Positions 29,521 to 38,727 of a stretch of 64,000 bases of DNA are shown in pieces. Location of the stretch: positions 186,001 through 250,000 of the IMG/VR virus record IMGVR_UViG_3300034072_001021; one strand, written 5' to 3'. The notes below the pieces were generated by a model that was given only the letters and a program-made list of their open reading frames with translations, made no database searches and was not told the origin of the DNA. The translations under genes and the position numbers were made by a program. Every line of letters starts with the position of its first letter. The stretch's first letter is position 1.

Positions 29521-29653
29521 TTGGAGGTTTATGGTGTATGTGGAAGGCGTGGGACTATATAGGATTTCTATGGACGTCCTTGGACTTGTTTTTTGATAAC
29601 AATGTAGGGATTCTTATGTAGAAAGGGTTTATGCGGGTTAACAGGGCATTCCA

Positions 29654-31810
29654 ATGAAAATCGATGTGTATAGTCATGCCATCCGTGTAACTGATGTCAT
29701 TACAGATCGCGACTTGCAAGCAATGATGTCGTTCTGTCGTCCGTTGGTTGAATACGGATTCGAGAAGAAAGGGAAGCGGTTTGTCCCTAAGGGTCTCCGT
29801 ACATACGCGTCTGCAACACGTAATCGCAAAGAGTTCGGTTTTCATCGGAATCAACTGCAAGATTTGAAACGCCATTTGTTTCAGAATCATGGTTACGTGG
29901 AGCGACTCGTTCCGATAACTTATCATCCTATCGAAGAGATCAAGGTCGAGAAAGTTGAATTTGAAATCCGCAAGATGCATTCTCCTCGTGAGAAGCAGGT
30001 GGGTATCATCGACTACGTACTGGATGATGAGAATCCTGCATGGGATGCCATCATTAAGATGGTTACGTTGCAGACAGGTGGTGGTAAAGCACTGTCAGTA
30101 AAAACACCAGTACGTATACCTGGTGGCTGGAAGCTGATGGGTCAGTTGAAGGTGGGTGATGAGATCATTGCTCGCGACGGATCAACGACCACAGTGAAAG
30201 GATATTATCCTCAAGGCCCGAGAAAGATGTACCGGGTTACATTTGAGGATGGTCGATGGGTCGACGCTGACCTTGAACATCTGTGGTATGTCCAGACATT
30301 CTCTGGATGGAGGACGGTCACTACCGAGACCATCATGTCCATGATGAGTCGTCGGGCCGCTGTGAGCATTCCGCTTATTGAGCCAGAACGAGATAAGCTC
30401 AGGGAGCGCTTTGTCTCCATTGTCAGAGCACTCGGAACTGCTAAAGACGGTACATTCACAGTTAAAACCACCGATGCCAACAAACTGGCCTATCAGGTCC
30501 GTTCTGTAGGCGGTAAAGCATCCGTCCGGGACATGGGCGACGGGTATTCCGCAGTCACTGTGGAGAAGCGTCCCAAAGAAAGAACACTGGCTATCCGCTC
30601 TATTGTTCCAGTAGGTGTCGAGGAAGCTGCATGTATCGAAATCCACCACGAAGAAAAGCTTTACGTTGTGAAGGACTTCATTGTCACCCACAACACCTTC
30701 GTGGCTCAGTACTGCATGAACCAGCTAGGTGCACGCACCATCATCCACTTCAAGGGTGGTTACGTGCAGCGTTGGAAAGACGATCTGGAGGAAACCTTCA
30801 ACTTCAAACGTGGGGAGTTCCTGATTGTCCGTGGCTCCAAAGATCTGGCAGCATTGCAGCAGATGAGTCTTGATGGTGACCTGAAAGCTAAAGTCATTAT
30901 CATCACTTCGGCTACGATGCGTGATTACATCAAGGACTACGAAGAATCCAACGGACATAGCAAGCAGTTCCCAATCAAGCCTATCGATTTCTACCCGAAA
31001 TTGGGTATTGGCTTCCGGGTCACTGACGAACTGCACCAAGAGTTCCACAACAACTACAGGATCGACCTCTATACCCACGTGCCCAAGTCGCTTGGTCTGT
31101 CTGCCACCATGGTCAGCTCAGACGCTTTCAAGAACAAGGTGTACGACATCGCCTATCCGGTAATGCAACGGCATGACGGTGGCGGGTATCACGTTTACAT
31201 CGGTGTGATGGCTGTACTGTATCACATGGATGAAGATGTGCGGATTCGTTACATGGGTGCCCAAGGGTACTCACACACGACATTCGAAGAATCGATCATG
31301 CGACATAAAGGCCTGCTGAAGAACTACCTCAAGATCATCGATCATGCGATTTACCATCGCTTCGTTTCGGTGCGCGAGGAAGGTCAGTCTGCACTGGTGT
31401 TCTTCGCCAGGGTAGATATGTGCACGCTGATGGTCGAACGCCTGAAGAAGATGTACCCTGAACTGAACATCGTCCGTTACGTAGGTTCTGAGAACGATTC
31501 GTACGAAGACTTCTTGGAAGCAGACATTGCGGTATCGACGATCGGTTCTGCCGGTACTGCTGTTGACAAGCCCAACCTGCGGTCGAGTTTCATGACCACA
31601 GCGATCGATTCGCGCCAATCTAACGAGCAAGTACTGGGTCGTACCCGTCCGCTTAAAGACTGGCCACACGTGACTCCTGAGTTCATTTACTTCGGGTGTC
31701 TAGAAATCGATAACCACATGAAGTACCACCGTAACAAGAAAACGTTCTTCCACAGCAAAGTGCTGAGTCATGGGGAAATGATTTCTCGTTACGCGTTAAC
31801 CCTGAAATAA
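29654..31810 (+). CDS. SF2 DExH helicase (gp75-like) containing an intein
   Basis: LQTGGGK|T Walker A split by an insertion; DELH, LSAT and QVLGRTR motifs. Confidence 0.92.
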   Translation: MKIDVYSHAIRVTDVITDRDLQAMMSFCRPLVEYGFEKKGKRFVPKGLRTYASATRNRKEFGFHRNQLQDLKRHLFQNHGYVERLVPITYHPIEEIKVEKVEFEIRKMHSPREKQVGIIDYVLDDENPAWDAIIKMVTLQTGGGKALSVKTPVRIPGGWKLMGQLKVGDEIIARDGSTTTVKGYYPQGPRKMYRVTFEDGRWVDADLEHLWYVQTFSGWRTVTTETIMSMMSRRAAVSIPLIEPERDKLRERFVSIVRALGTAKDGTFTVKTTDANKLAYQVRSVGGKASVRDMGDGYSAVTVEKRPKERTLAIRSIVPVGVEEAACIEIHHEEKLYVVKDFIVTHNTFVAQYCMNQLGARTIIHFKGGYVQRWKDDLEETFNFKRGEFLIVRGSKDLAALQQMSLDGDLKAKVIIITSATMRDYIKDYEESNGHSKQFPIKPIDFYPKLGIGFRVTDELHQEFHNNYRIDLYTHVPKSLGLSATMVSSDAFKNKVYDIAYPVMQRHDGGGYHVYIGVMAVLYHMDEDVRIRYMGAQGYSHTTFEESIMRHKGLLKNYLKIIDHAIYHRFVSVREEGQSALVFFARVDMCTLMVERLKKMYPELNIVRYVGSENDSYEDFLEADIAVSTIGSAGTAVDKPNLRSSFMTTAIDSRQSNEQVLGRTRPLKDWPHVTPEFIYFGCLEIDNHMKYHRNKKTFFHSKVLSHGEMISRYALTLK
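30089..30694 (+). mobile_element. 202-aa Ala-start (class 3-type) intein in the Walker A of the helicase
   Basis: Starts ALSVKTPV, has block B EHLW and block F AACIEI, ends VTHN followed by Thr. Removing it restores GGGKT. Confidence 0.93.
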
Positions 31811-31855
31811 GCTAGGGAGGGGTCATCCCCTCCCTATGCCCAACTACCAAGAGGA

Positions 31856-32821
31856 ATGACCATGATCGAGAAACACGAAGAACAGGTGCTGACAGTCATC
31901 AATCAAATGGCCCAGGTCATGGGCGATCCCAGCTACGTATCGGCCTACCCTGCGCTGCACGGTATGTTCGTGAGCATGCGCATGGGTCTGGATGCACTCA
32001 CTGGCACTATTCTTGGCAGTATGCGTCGAGAAGCGGTCCATGGCATGGATCAGGCAGCAATGCTGTACAAGATCGTGACGGGTAAGTCGGCCGGCATTCC
32101 TGAAGGTTTCATCGAGAACTTCAACCCGCTCAACGGCATTTCCTCTTATCCAAAGCGTACGGTGTCGGGGATCGTCAACTACGCCAAGAAGTGGCACGGT
32201 CTGGACAATGAGATCCTGACGTTCAATCAGAACGGTACTATCGCAGAGTACAATACCGAAGACAACTCGGTAAAAGTGCTCTTCGAGGGTTCCGATGCAT
32301 ACCTCGTGTTAGAGAGCGCTGATAGCAACCGCGCCAAGTTCCATTCCCCACTGATGTACGAGCCGCTGACCATTTCGGTAAATGTGCTGTGGATGGAGCA
32401 AACGTTCTCCAAACCCCTTATTGATTTACTGTGTGTACAAGAGCACATCGTGGACGACAGTAAGGAGGTTCTGGGCAACCTGTGGGATACGCCGGATGCA
32501 CACTTCAAAACCCGAGAGATGCCGGAGGCTGGCACTCAACTCAAGGTATTGTTGAGTGGTCGGATGTATGGTCGCGCTTGCCGTGGGTTCTGTCGCTTCA
32601 ACTTCAACGGTTATCAGTTCACGCTCGAGACCGAGGAGTGCTGGGAACCCACGCGCCACCACAAGTTCAAAATCACCACGGTTACCATGGTAGACGGCGG
32701 TAGTACAGTTTACCAGTGGTACCATAACCCGATTCTGGTTATGGATCTGCGGGACAATATCGAGCACATCATGAAAGACCTGCTCGATAAACATGAACTG
32801 GAAATGAAAGAGGAGTCCTGA
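31856..32821 (+). CDS. hypothetical protein
   Basis: 321 aa with an RBS. Confidence 0.8.
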   Translation: MTMIEKHEEQVLTVINQMAQVMGDPSYVSAYPALHGMFVSMRMGLDALTGTILGSMRREAVHGMDQAAMLYKIVTGKSAGIPEGFIENFNPLNGISSYPKRTVSGIVNYAKKWHGLDNEILTFNQNGTIAEYNTEDNSVKVLFEGSDAYLVLESADSNRAKFHSPLMYEPLTISVNVLWMEQTFSKPLIDLLCVQEHIVDDSKEVLGNLWDTPDAHFKTREMPEAGTQLKVLLSGRMYGRACRGFCRFNFNGYQFTLETEECWEPTRHHKFKITTVTMVDGGSTVYQWYHNPILVMDLRDNIEHIMKDLLDKHELEMKEES

Positions 32822-32839
32822 TCCATCACAATCCATCGA

Positions 32840-32866
32840 TTCGAATTTATTTCAACAATACATAGT
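32840..32866 (+). promoter_or_regulatory. TTCGAA-N12-ATACATAGT motif
   Basis: Variant copy upstream of a small ORF. Confidence 0.6.
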
Positions 32867-32903
32867 GCTGTTGAATAAACCAATCGAATCGATGGAGGTT
32901 CGC

Positions 32904-33146
32904 ATGAACATGCTCTATAAAAACATCAATGCGAACTTCCGCATTGTACTGGACTTCGGTATGGAATACAACCATGCCAAAAAGATCGTAGCTCGCCTTG
33001 CTGGCAAGATCATTCTTGACATCAAACATGACGGCGACGATCATGTACGCATTGAGTACATCGAACACGGCATCAAAAACCGTGTACGCTTCAACAAAGT
33101 GATGGTCGAAGCTTATGACCTTGATGCTGCTCTGGCTGCACTGTAA
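32904..33146 (+). CDS. hypothetical small protein
   Basis: ATG 32904 follows ggagg; strong codon bias. Confidence 0.75.
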   Translation: MNMLYKNINANFRIVLDFGMEYNHAKKIVARLAGKIILDIKHDGDDHVRIEYIEHGIKNRVRFNKVMVEAYDLDAALAAL

Positions 33147-33156
33147 AAGGATTACG

Positions 33157-33188
33157 GCATAGAGGGAGGCTCAGGCCTCCCTCTATGT
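33157..33188. terminator. Bidirectional GCATAG-family hairpin
   Basis: GCATAGAGGGAGGC-tcag-GCCTCCCTCTATGT between convergent genes. Confidence 0.8.
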
Positions 33189-33217
33189 CTATTTCTTTTT
33201 TGGCTTACGGCAACAGC

Positions 33218-36088
33218 TTATAATCCGTAATATGCCAGCACATTTTGACGGGACTTCTCGTTAGGGATGTCCTTCAGCACGTCTTCCCACTTGATCAGAC
33301 GCTTCACAGCCAGGTCACGCTTTTCCGGATCAGCAGTCGACATCAGCACCGAGGTCAGGTTGTTGAAGTTACGCAGGCCTTTGGTACCGATGGCCATCTG
33401 ACCAACACCGGTGTAGATCTTCTTGGCCGAGCAGATATCTTTGCTGTGCTCGTGGAAGAAGTTCAGCAGCTCAGTCCAGCCTTGGACGAAGTCTTCGCCA
33501 TCCAGACGCAGGACACGACTGATGCAGCGATCCAGCAGGGTCTGGTACGGCGCTGCTTTCACAGCGTTGTCACCAGCTTCATCACGACCTTTGGCGTAGC
33601 TCTTCAGGTCTTCGCTCACGAACTTGACAGTCATCGTCATTGACTCCTCATGAATGTCACTGATACGCTTCTTAATGGAAGCAGCGTCCAGTTGGGTTGA
33701 AATACTGAACAGACGAGCAGCACGACTTGCAAGTGCAGCTTCATCTGTGTTGATGCCTGGAAGGATCTGACCACGGGCCCAAGCTTTGATCTCGCGCTTA
33801 GTCCAGTGTTCTACCTTACGATGGTCACGGTTCCGATCGCGGACGTAGATGCCCGACGGTGTGGATGGAACCCGAATACCGTTGAGAACATAAGATCTGG
33901 CATCTTCACGGTACCAGAAGACCGGTACTTTGAATCTGACGTAGATCTCTTCCCAGAGGTCTTCTTCAGGCGCCTTCTCAGTAGCTGAGATTTGCTTTCG
34001 CAACCATGCCTTCAGTTCAGCGTCACGCCATTCGATTGGCAGCTTATTTGGACGAGTGGGATCATTGATGAACACACCGTCTTCGAGCGCCAATGGACGT
34101 ACGTTGGATTTCAGATAATCAACAACCTCATCGACAGACCAGTGCACAGCACTTGTGTTGAACTGCACGCTAATCAAACGCTTTGCACGTTCGATGCACT
34201 CTGGATCACGCACCGAGAAATCAGCATGGACTTCGTCATTGGCCAAAGCCTTGATTTCGTCCCACGACCATGACAGAGGACTGTCCAACTTACGCAACCG
34301 ATCTTCAACCAGAACACCGTTGGTGGTCTTGAGAGGGTTCACCGAGTTGCGGTAGAAGTTGTAGATGTGATCGTCAGTCCAGTGCGGATCGATCCTGAAC
34401 TTAGAACGGATAGCCAGAAGAACATCTGCTTCAGAGAAGTTAGATGCTTTCACATCACCTTTCAGATACCCGATCAACTCCTCCTCACTTGCGTAATTCG
34501 GATTTGTGATTTCAGGCAGTTCTTCAGCAGGCGTCTCACCATTTGCAATGTAAGCAATCGCTTGCTCATCATTGTAACGGTCTGGCACTCGGAACTTGAT
34601 CCGAGCAGAAAGCAGCACCAGGCTCTTGGGTTTGCTGGTGTTGGCCTTACCTTGAGCCCAGGCCTTCAATGTCTCTGTAGACCAGTCTGCCGGATGTTCC
34701 TTGTCACGGTTCCGATCATTGAGCAGTACGCCGCTGTTAAAGCCCTCTGGGAGCTTCCCTGTAGCGAAGTAAGCATGAAGGTCAACGTCTGTCCAGTTAT
34801 CGACAGCTGTCGTACAACGCGCTCGTAGAGCGGCCATGAGCGTGGCATGTGTGACATTCATCCCCATGGGGATCAGACCCCACACCCAGCCGATCAGCTC
34901 AGACGCAGTCCATTCGGAGGCAGTCAGGAACTTACGCCGTTCGACATTGTCGATGACTTCCTTACCGATAGCGTGACAGAGTGCATTTACCAGTTCTTTA
35001 TCTTCGGTAACGACCACGGAAACTTGAGAAGGTTCTTCGTGAACTTCCTCATTGACCACAATGGGTTCTTCCGACGTGCCCTCACTGACGACATCATCAA
35101 CTGGGAGATCGTCTGCCGATGCAACTTCTTCGACAACGACGGGTTCTTCGTCATGGTCTTCTTGGACGACCTCTGCTTCATCCTCGGTTGGATTACTTTC
35201 GGTAACCTCATCGATGACTTCCTCTTCTACCGGATAACGGGCAGCAAGTACAGCAGACGCTTCAGTATCACCACTTTCAATCAGACTGTTCAGTTGATCG
35301 TCCGAGTAAGAAGCGTAATCATGAGTGAAGCTCGGGACTTCTCCAGTGGACACCCAATGACGAAGCTCGTCGATACCCCAGAACCATTCACCACCAAAGT
35401 GACTGATCGCTGTCTTCAACAACTCGGGGTTATCGGACTCGATCTCACCGAGTACCCAAGCGTGCAGCTCAGGATCACTCCACTTGTCCGCCTCTTTATC
35501 GAGACGATTACGATCATTGACCAACACACCTGTGCTAGTCATTGCCGGATAAACAGATTTCTGGATGTACTGGCAGTAATCTTCGAACGTGATGCCCATC
35601 GGCAACTCGAAACGGTTACATGCCTCATCAATGGCGTACATCTGGTATTTCTCAGGGGTTCCGAAGAACCCCATGCCCAGATCAATCAACTCACTGTCAT
35701 TCCAGTGAGTGGCATCTTTGACCCAGCGATCTGGATCGTTGACGTAGTTGCCGTTGATGGTCTTCTCAGGGACCTTCTCGAAGAGCAGCCAGTTGTCGAG
35801 GTCTTCTTCACCCCAACTTACAGCATCTTTATCTTCGAGCACGGCCTTGGAACGCACTGCTACGTAGAACTCAGTGGTGCCGGTAGTGTAGTTGGTGAAC
35901 AGTTCGCCAGACGCTAGGGCGTACAGTTCAGCCAGACTCCACTCGTTGAGAGGTTTGGCCTCACGCTCAACGTCGCCCACCCAGAGACCGTTACTGGTCT
36001 TGGCTGGTTCTCTCCCGAACTGCTCGTACAAAGAGACTTCTCTCTTCGACCAAGCAGCAGGATAGCGGCCGTCGTATTTGTCGGACAT
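33218..36088 (-). CDS. 956-aa repeat protein (gp79-like position) with a tandem ~80-aa Trp-rich module
   Basis: Seven copies of G-x4-D-x2-R-x7-W-x3-E(L/I)-x-AW, an acidic linker and a helical C-terminal domain. Confidence 0.85.
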   Translation of the reverse strand: MSDKYDGRYPAAWSKREVSLYEQFGREPAKTSNGLWVGDVEREAKPLNEWSLAELYALASGELFTNYTTGTTEFYVAVRSKAVLEDKDAVSWGEEDLDNWLLFEKVPEKTINGNYVNDPDRWVKDATHWNDSELIDLGMGFFGTPEKYQMYAIDEACNRFELPMGITFEDYCQYIQKSVYPAMTSTGVLVNDRNRLDKEADKWSDPELHAWVLGEIESDNPELLKTAISHFGGEWFWGIDELRHWVSTGEVPSFTHDYASYSDDQLNSLIESGDTEASAVLAARYPVEEEVIDEVTESNPTEDEAEVVQEDHDEEPVVVEEVASADDLPVDDVVSEGTSEEPIVVNEEVHEEPSQVSVVVTEDKELVNALCHAIGKEVIDNVERRKFLTASEWTASELIGWVWGLIPMGMNVTHATLMAALRARCTTAVDNWTDVDLHAYFATGKLPEGFNSGVLLNDRNRDKEHPADWSTETLKAWAQGKANTSKPKSLVLLSARIKFRVPDRYNDEQAIAYIANGETPAEELPEITNPNYASEEELIGYLKGDVKASNFSEADVLLAIRSKFRIDPHWTDDHIYNFYRNSVNPLKTTNGVLVEDRLRKLDSPLSWSWDEIKALANDEVHADFSVRDPECIERAKRLISVQFNTSAVHWSVDEVVDYLKSNVRPLALEDGVFINDPTRPNKLPIEWRDAELKAWLRKQISATEKAPEEDLWEEIYVRFKVPVFWYREDARSYVLNGIRVPSTPSGIYVRDRNRDHRKVEHWTKREIKAWARGQILPGINTDEAALASRAARLFSISTQLDAASIKKRISDIHEESMTMTVKFVSEDLKSYAKGRDEAGDNAVKAAPYQTLLDRCISRVLRLDGEDFVQGWTELLNFFHEHSKDICSAKKIYTGVGQMAIGTKGLRNFNNLTSVLMSTADPEKRDLAVKRLIKWEDVLKDIPNEKSRQNVLAYYGL

Positions 36089-36098
36089 GGAATGATCC

Positions 36099-37400
36099 TT
36101 AGGTAAAGGCCTTATGAAGATCGAGTTCGGCCGTTTTCAGTTCCTTAGCGTGCGCCGAGGCCATCATGATATCCATGAACTTCGATGCGACAGAGGTGTT
36201 TTCAGCAGCCAGACCAAACGGAAGTGCAGCCAATGCCTCGCCTGCGCACTTAGCACAGAAACCATCGCCCGGCGTCTTACAGAATGCAGGCGAACGAGTC
36301 AGCACTGACTTACCTTCGAGTGATTTGGCACGGGCTTCATCGAGCAACACCACTCCTTTATCTGTGATTTCCCACAGACCGGCGTAGTATTCGCCTTGAC
36401 CCGGTTCGATATTGCGAACAATACCCAACTTGCTGCCACAATCGTCCTCTGCAATGCTGGTGTTCTGGAACACACGCATGAAGAACTTCACGGCTTCACC
36501 GCCGAGAGCGGTCAGAGCACCACGATAGAAGGAACCGGCACGAGTGGAGTTGAACATTGGCACTACTTTGGAGGTATCCCAGCCTTCGTTCAGGCTATTG
36601 ACCACCAGTTCAGCGCTACCGCCCTCGTTAAAGCCAGCTTCAGGACCGTGAATCAGGAACATACGCTTACGAGCAGTGCCGAAAGTCTTGTTGGAAATCA
36701 AGAAACCCTCGGAAGGGTCGTCTTTGATCCACTTACGATCCATGTCGATCAGCTCATTCTGAATTTTCGAGACGACTACCGGGTCATGGAGACGATCTTC
36801 GTTCTCTTTCAGGCGCTGAGCACGCACATCTTTAACTTTCGGGTCGGTAGTCAGTGCTTTAGGTGACAACGTCGGCACAAAAAGCTGCACGAAACCAGCC
36901 AGAGCACCCACACAACGACCAAATCGCATGTACATCTTGACCGGAATCTGGTCTTCAGTCGGTTCGACACCTGAAATCTCCGGATCATCGACCAATTTCT
37001 TGGCAATGATGCGCTCGATAGCCGAAATACTACACGGACCGACTTGATAACTGATGCGTTTACCGAACGGTTCGACCAGAGCGATCCAGTTGAACAGCAA
37101 ATCGCCGTATGTGGAGGTCACTTCAGCCTCACAATTGGGAATTGTGTCCGGTGTTACGGTAATTTGATCAGCCGGATAGTAGAGAGGGGTCATCGGCTTG
37201 GAACCATCGACCACAACCCACTCGTTTCCGTGATCGAGAGGTACGTACATCTCAGTGCTGTTGACGTTGTAGCGCACGTCGTAGGGTTGAGGCACGTAAT
37301 CCTTCGGATCTTTGACGACACTGAACGCCCGAATGACCCATTCCTTCCGGGCGTAGGCTTTTGCTTGCAGTGCCTTTACATAAAGCTCTTCGCGATTCAT
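36099..37400 (-). CDS. virion RNA polymerase beta' subunit fragment (gp80-like)
   Basis: EDDCGS and RSPAFCKT..FCAKCAG beta' Zn motif; RAGSFYRG..TALGGE. Confidence 0.88.
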   Translation of the reverse strand: MNREELYVKALQAKAYARKEWVIRAFSVVKDPKDYVPQPYDVRYNVNSTEMYVPLDHGNEWVVVDGSKPMTPLYYPADQITVTPDTIPNCEAEVTSTYGDLLFNWIALVEPFGKRISYQVGPCSISAIERIIAKKLVDDPEISGVEPTEDQIPVKMYMRFGRCVGALAGFVQLFVPTLSPKALTTDPKVKDVRAQRLKENEDRLHDPVVVSKIQNELIDMDRKWIKDDPSEGFLISNKTFGTARKRMFLIHGPEAGFNEGGSAELVVNSLNEGWDTSKVVPMFNSTRAGSFYRGALTALGGEAVKFFMRVFQNTSIAEDDCGSKLGIVRNIEPGQGEYYAGLWEITDKGVVLLDEARAKSLEGKSVLTRSPAFCKTPGDGFCAKCAGEALAALPFGLAAENTSVASKFMDIMMASAHAKELKTAELDLHKAFT

Positions 37401-37403
37401 GGG

Positions 37404-38225
37404 TTACTCCGACAGCTGCTTCACACGACTCTTGACGTGCTTGAAGATTTGCTGGGTTGAGAAAATATCGTCATGCAGGTTCTCAACGTAGAACATGACT
37501 TCGTCTTGAAGCGCTTCGTTCGATACGTTGGTGTGCAGGGCGATCGAAATGAGGTCGTCTGCCACGACTTCCGGCTTCCCGGAGAGAAGACGTTCCTTGT
37601 TCTCATTGATGAGTGTCATCGGGTCTTCGTAGAGAACGCCGTTCTGAAGCGATTCCAGACCGATGGTCGTTGCAGTACCGACCAGATTCTGATGTTTATT
37701 CAGAACCTGTACGATTTCCTGCAGACCTTGTTTGGCAACTTCAGTGTTCTCGATATTTCGCTGGACAGTTTCATTGATAACAATGATGACATCCATCGGT
37801 ACATCCAGAACGTACTCCATGAGTTCTTCAGGAATCCGATTGGTCAGTAGCGCGAGGATGTCGGTGAAAATCTCAATGCTGTCTTCACCAGCCTCGATGA
37901 TGGCTTTGATTTCTTCATCAAAGTCACTGGGCTTGAAATGAAGTGCATCGAGGATCTCTGCCAGAATGTCCATGCGCAGACGTTCGAGATCCAGACCAAT
38001 GTTCATCTGCTGAAGCAGTGCAGCAACTTGGGTGTAGATGATCCCGATGGCACGATCTGACAGGGTCAGTTGGTCGTGGACGTTAGCCTCCATCTTGAGG
38101 TTAACGATTTGATCACGCCACAGAACAGCGTCGTGTTTCTGAAGTGCAGCAGCCAATGAAGAAACCCCGGCCATCACTTCGGGACTTACGCGGTTGACGA
38201 GAATGTCCGAGAGTTCTTGAAACAT
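37404..38225 (-). CDS. conserved helical protein (gp81-like position)
   Basis: 273 aa, aaggt RBS, co-oriented with the vRNAP gene. Confidence 0.75.
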   Translation of the reverse strand: MFQELSDILVNRVSPEVMAGVSSLAAALQKHDAVLWRDQIVNLKMEANVHDQLTLSDRAIGIIYTQVAALLQQMNIGLDLERLRMDILAEILDALHFKPSDFDEEIKAIIEAGEDSIEIFTDILALLTNRIPEELMEYVLDVPMDVIIVINETVQRNIENTEVAKQGLQEIVQVLNKHQNLVGTATTIGLESLQNGVLYEDPMTLINENKERLLSGKPEVVADDLISIALHTNVSNEALQDEVMFYVENLHDDIFSTQQIFKHVKSRVKQLSE

Positions 38226-38322
38226 CGGTGTTTACCTTTCATAAAAAAAGTTTACTCAACCTAGTATGAGTAAAAGTACAAATAATTGGCCGCCCTTAAT
38301 TTAATAACACAAGGTCTGTGAA

Positions 38323-38727
38323 ATGAGTGAAGTGCCCAAGACACCATACCAAAGTTTGGAACAGCTTAAAAACAGAGCGTTCAATAGCCTGTATCGTTAT
38401 GCCCAGTCGACCCGTGACATCGCGGTTCACAACTGGTTATCTGTCGAGCGTAAAGAACGTGCTCTCGTTCTAGCGGGCTTCATCAAGAAAGACCTTGGAG
38501 AATTCCGCATCCGTCACAGCAACCTCGGCGTTGACTTCGACAAGCTGCCGGGCAAAGTCCGTCAGCACCCCCATCACCCCGAGATGCTGAAGATCGGTGG
38601 TCGATACATTACCTTAATCGATGAACTGGAAGCTACCGTCGGCGCACGTGTGCGTGAGATGGTCGAGCTGGTCACCTATGACATCGACGAAATGAACGAA
38701 ACCGTCAAGAAACAGGCCCAATCATGA
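38323..38727 (+). CDS. hypothetical protein
   Basis: 134 aa; stop overlaps the next start. Confidence 0.8.
   Translation: MSEVPKTPYQSLEQLKNRAFNSLYRYAQSTRDIAVHNWLSVERKERALVLAGFIKKDLGEFRIRHSNLGVDFDKLPGKVRQHPHHPEMLKIGGRYITLIDELEATVGARVREMVELVTYDIDEMNETVKKQAQS

Noticed and set aside
29531-29596. 21-codon ORF with ggagg RBS before the helicase
   Set aside because: Too short and unsupported by any other signal.
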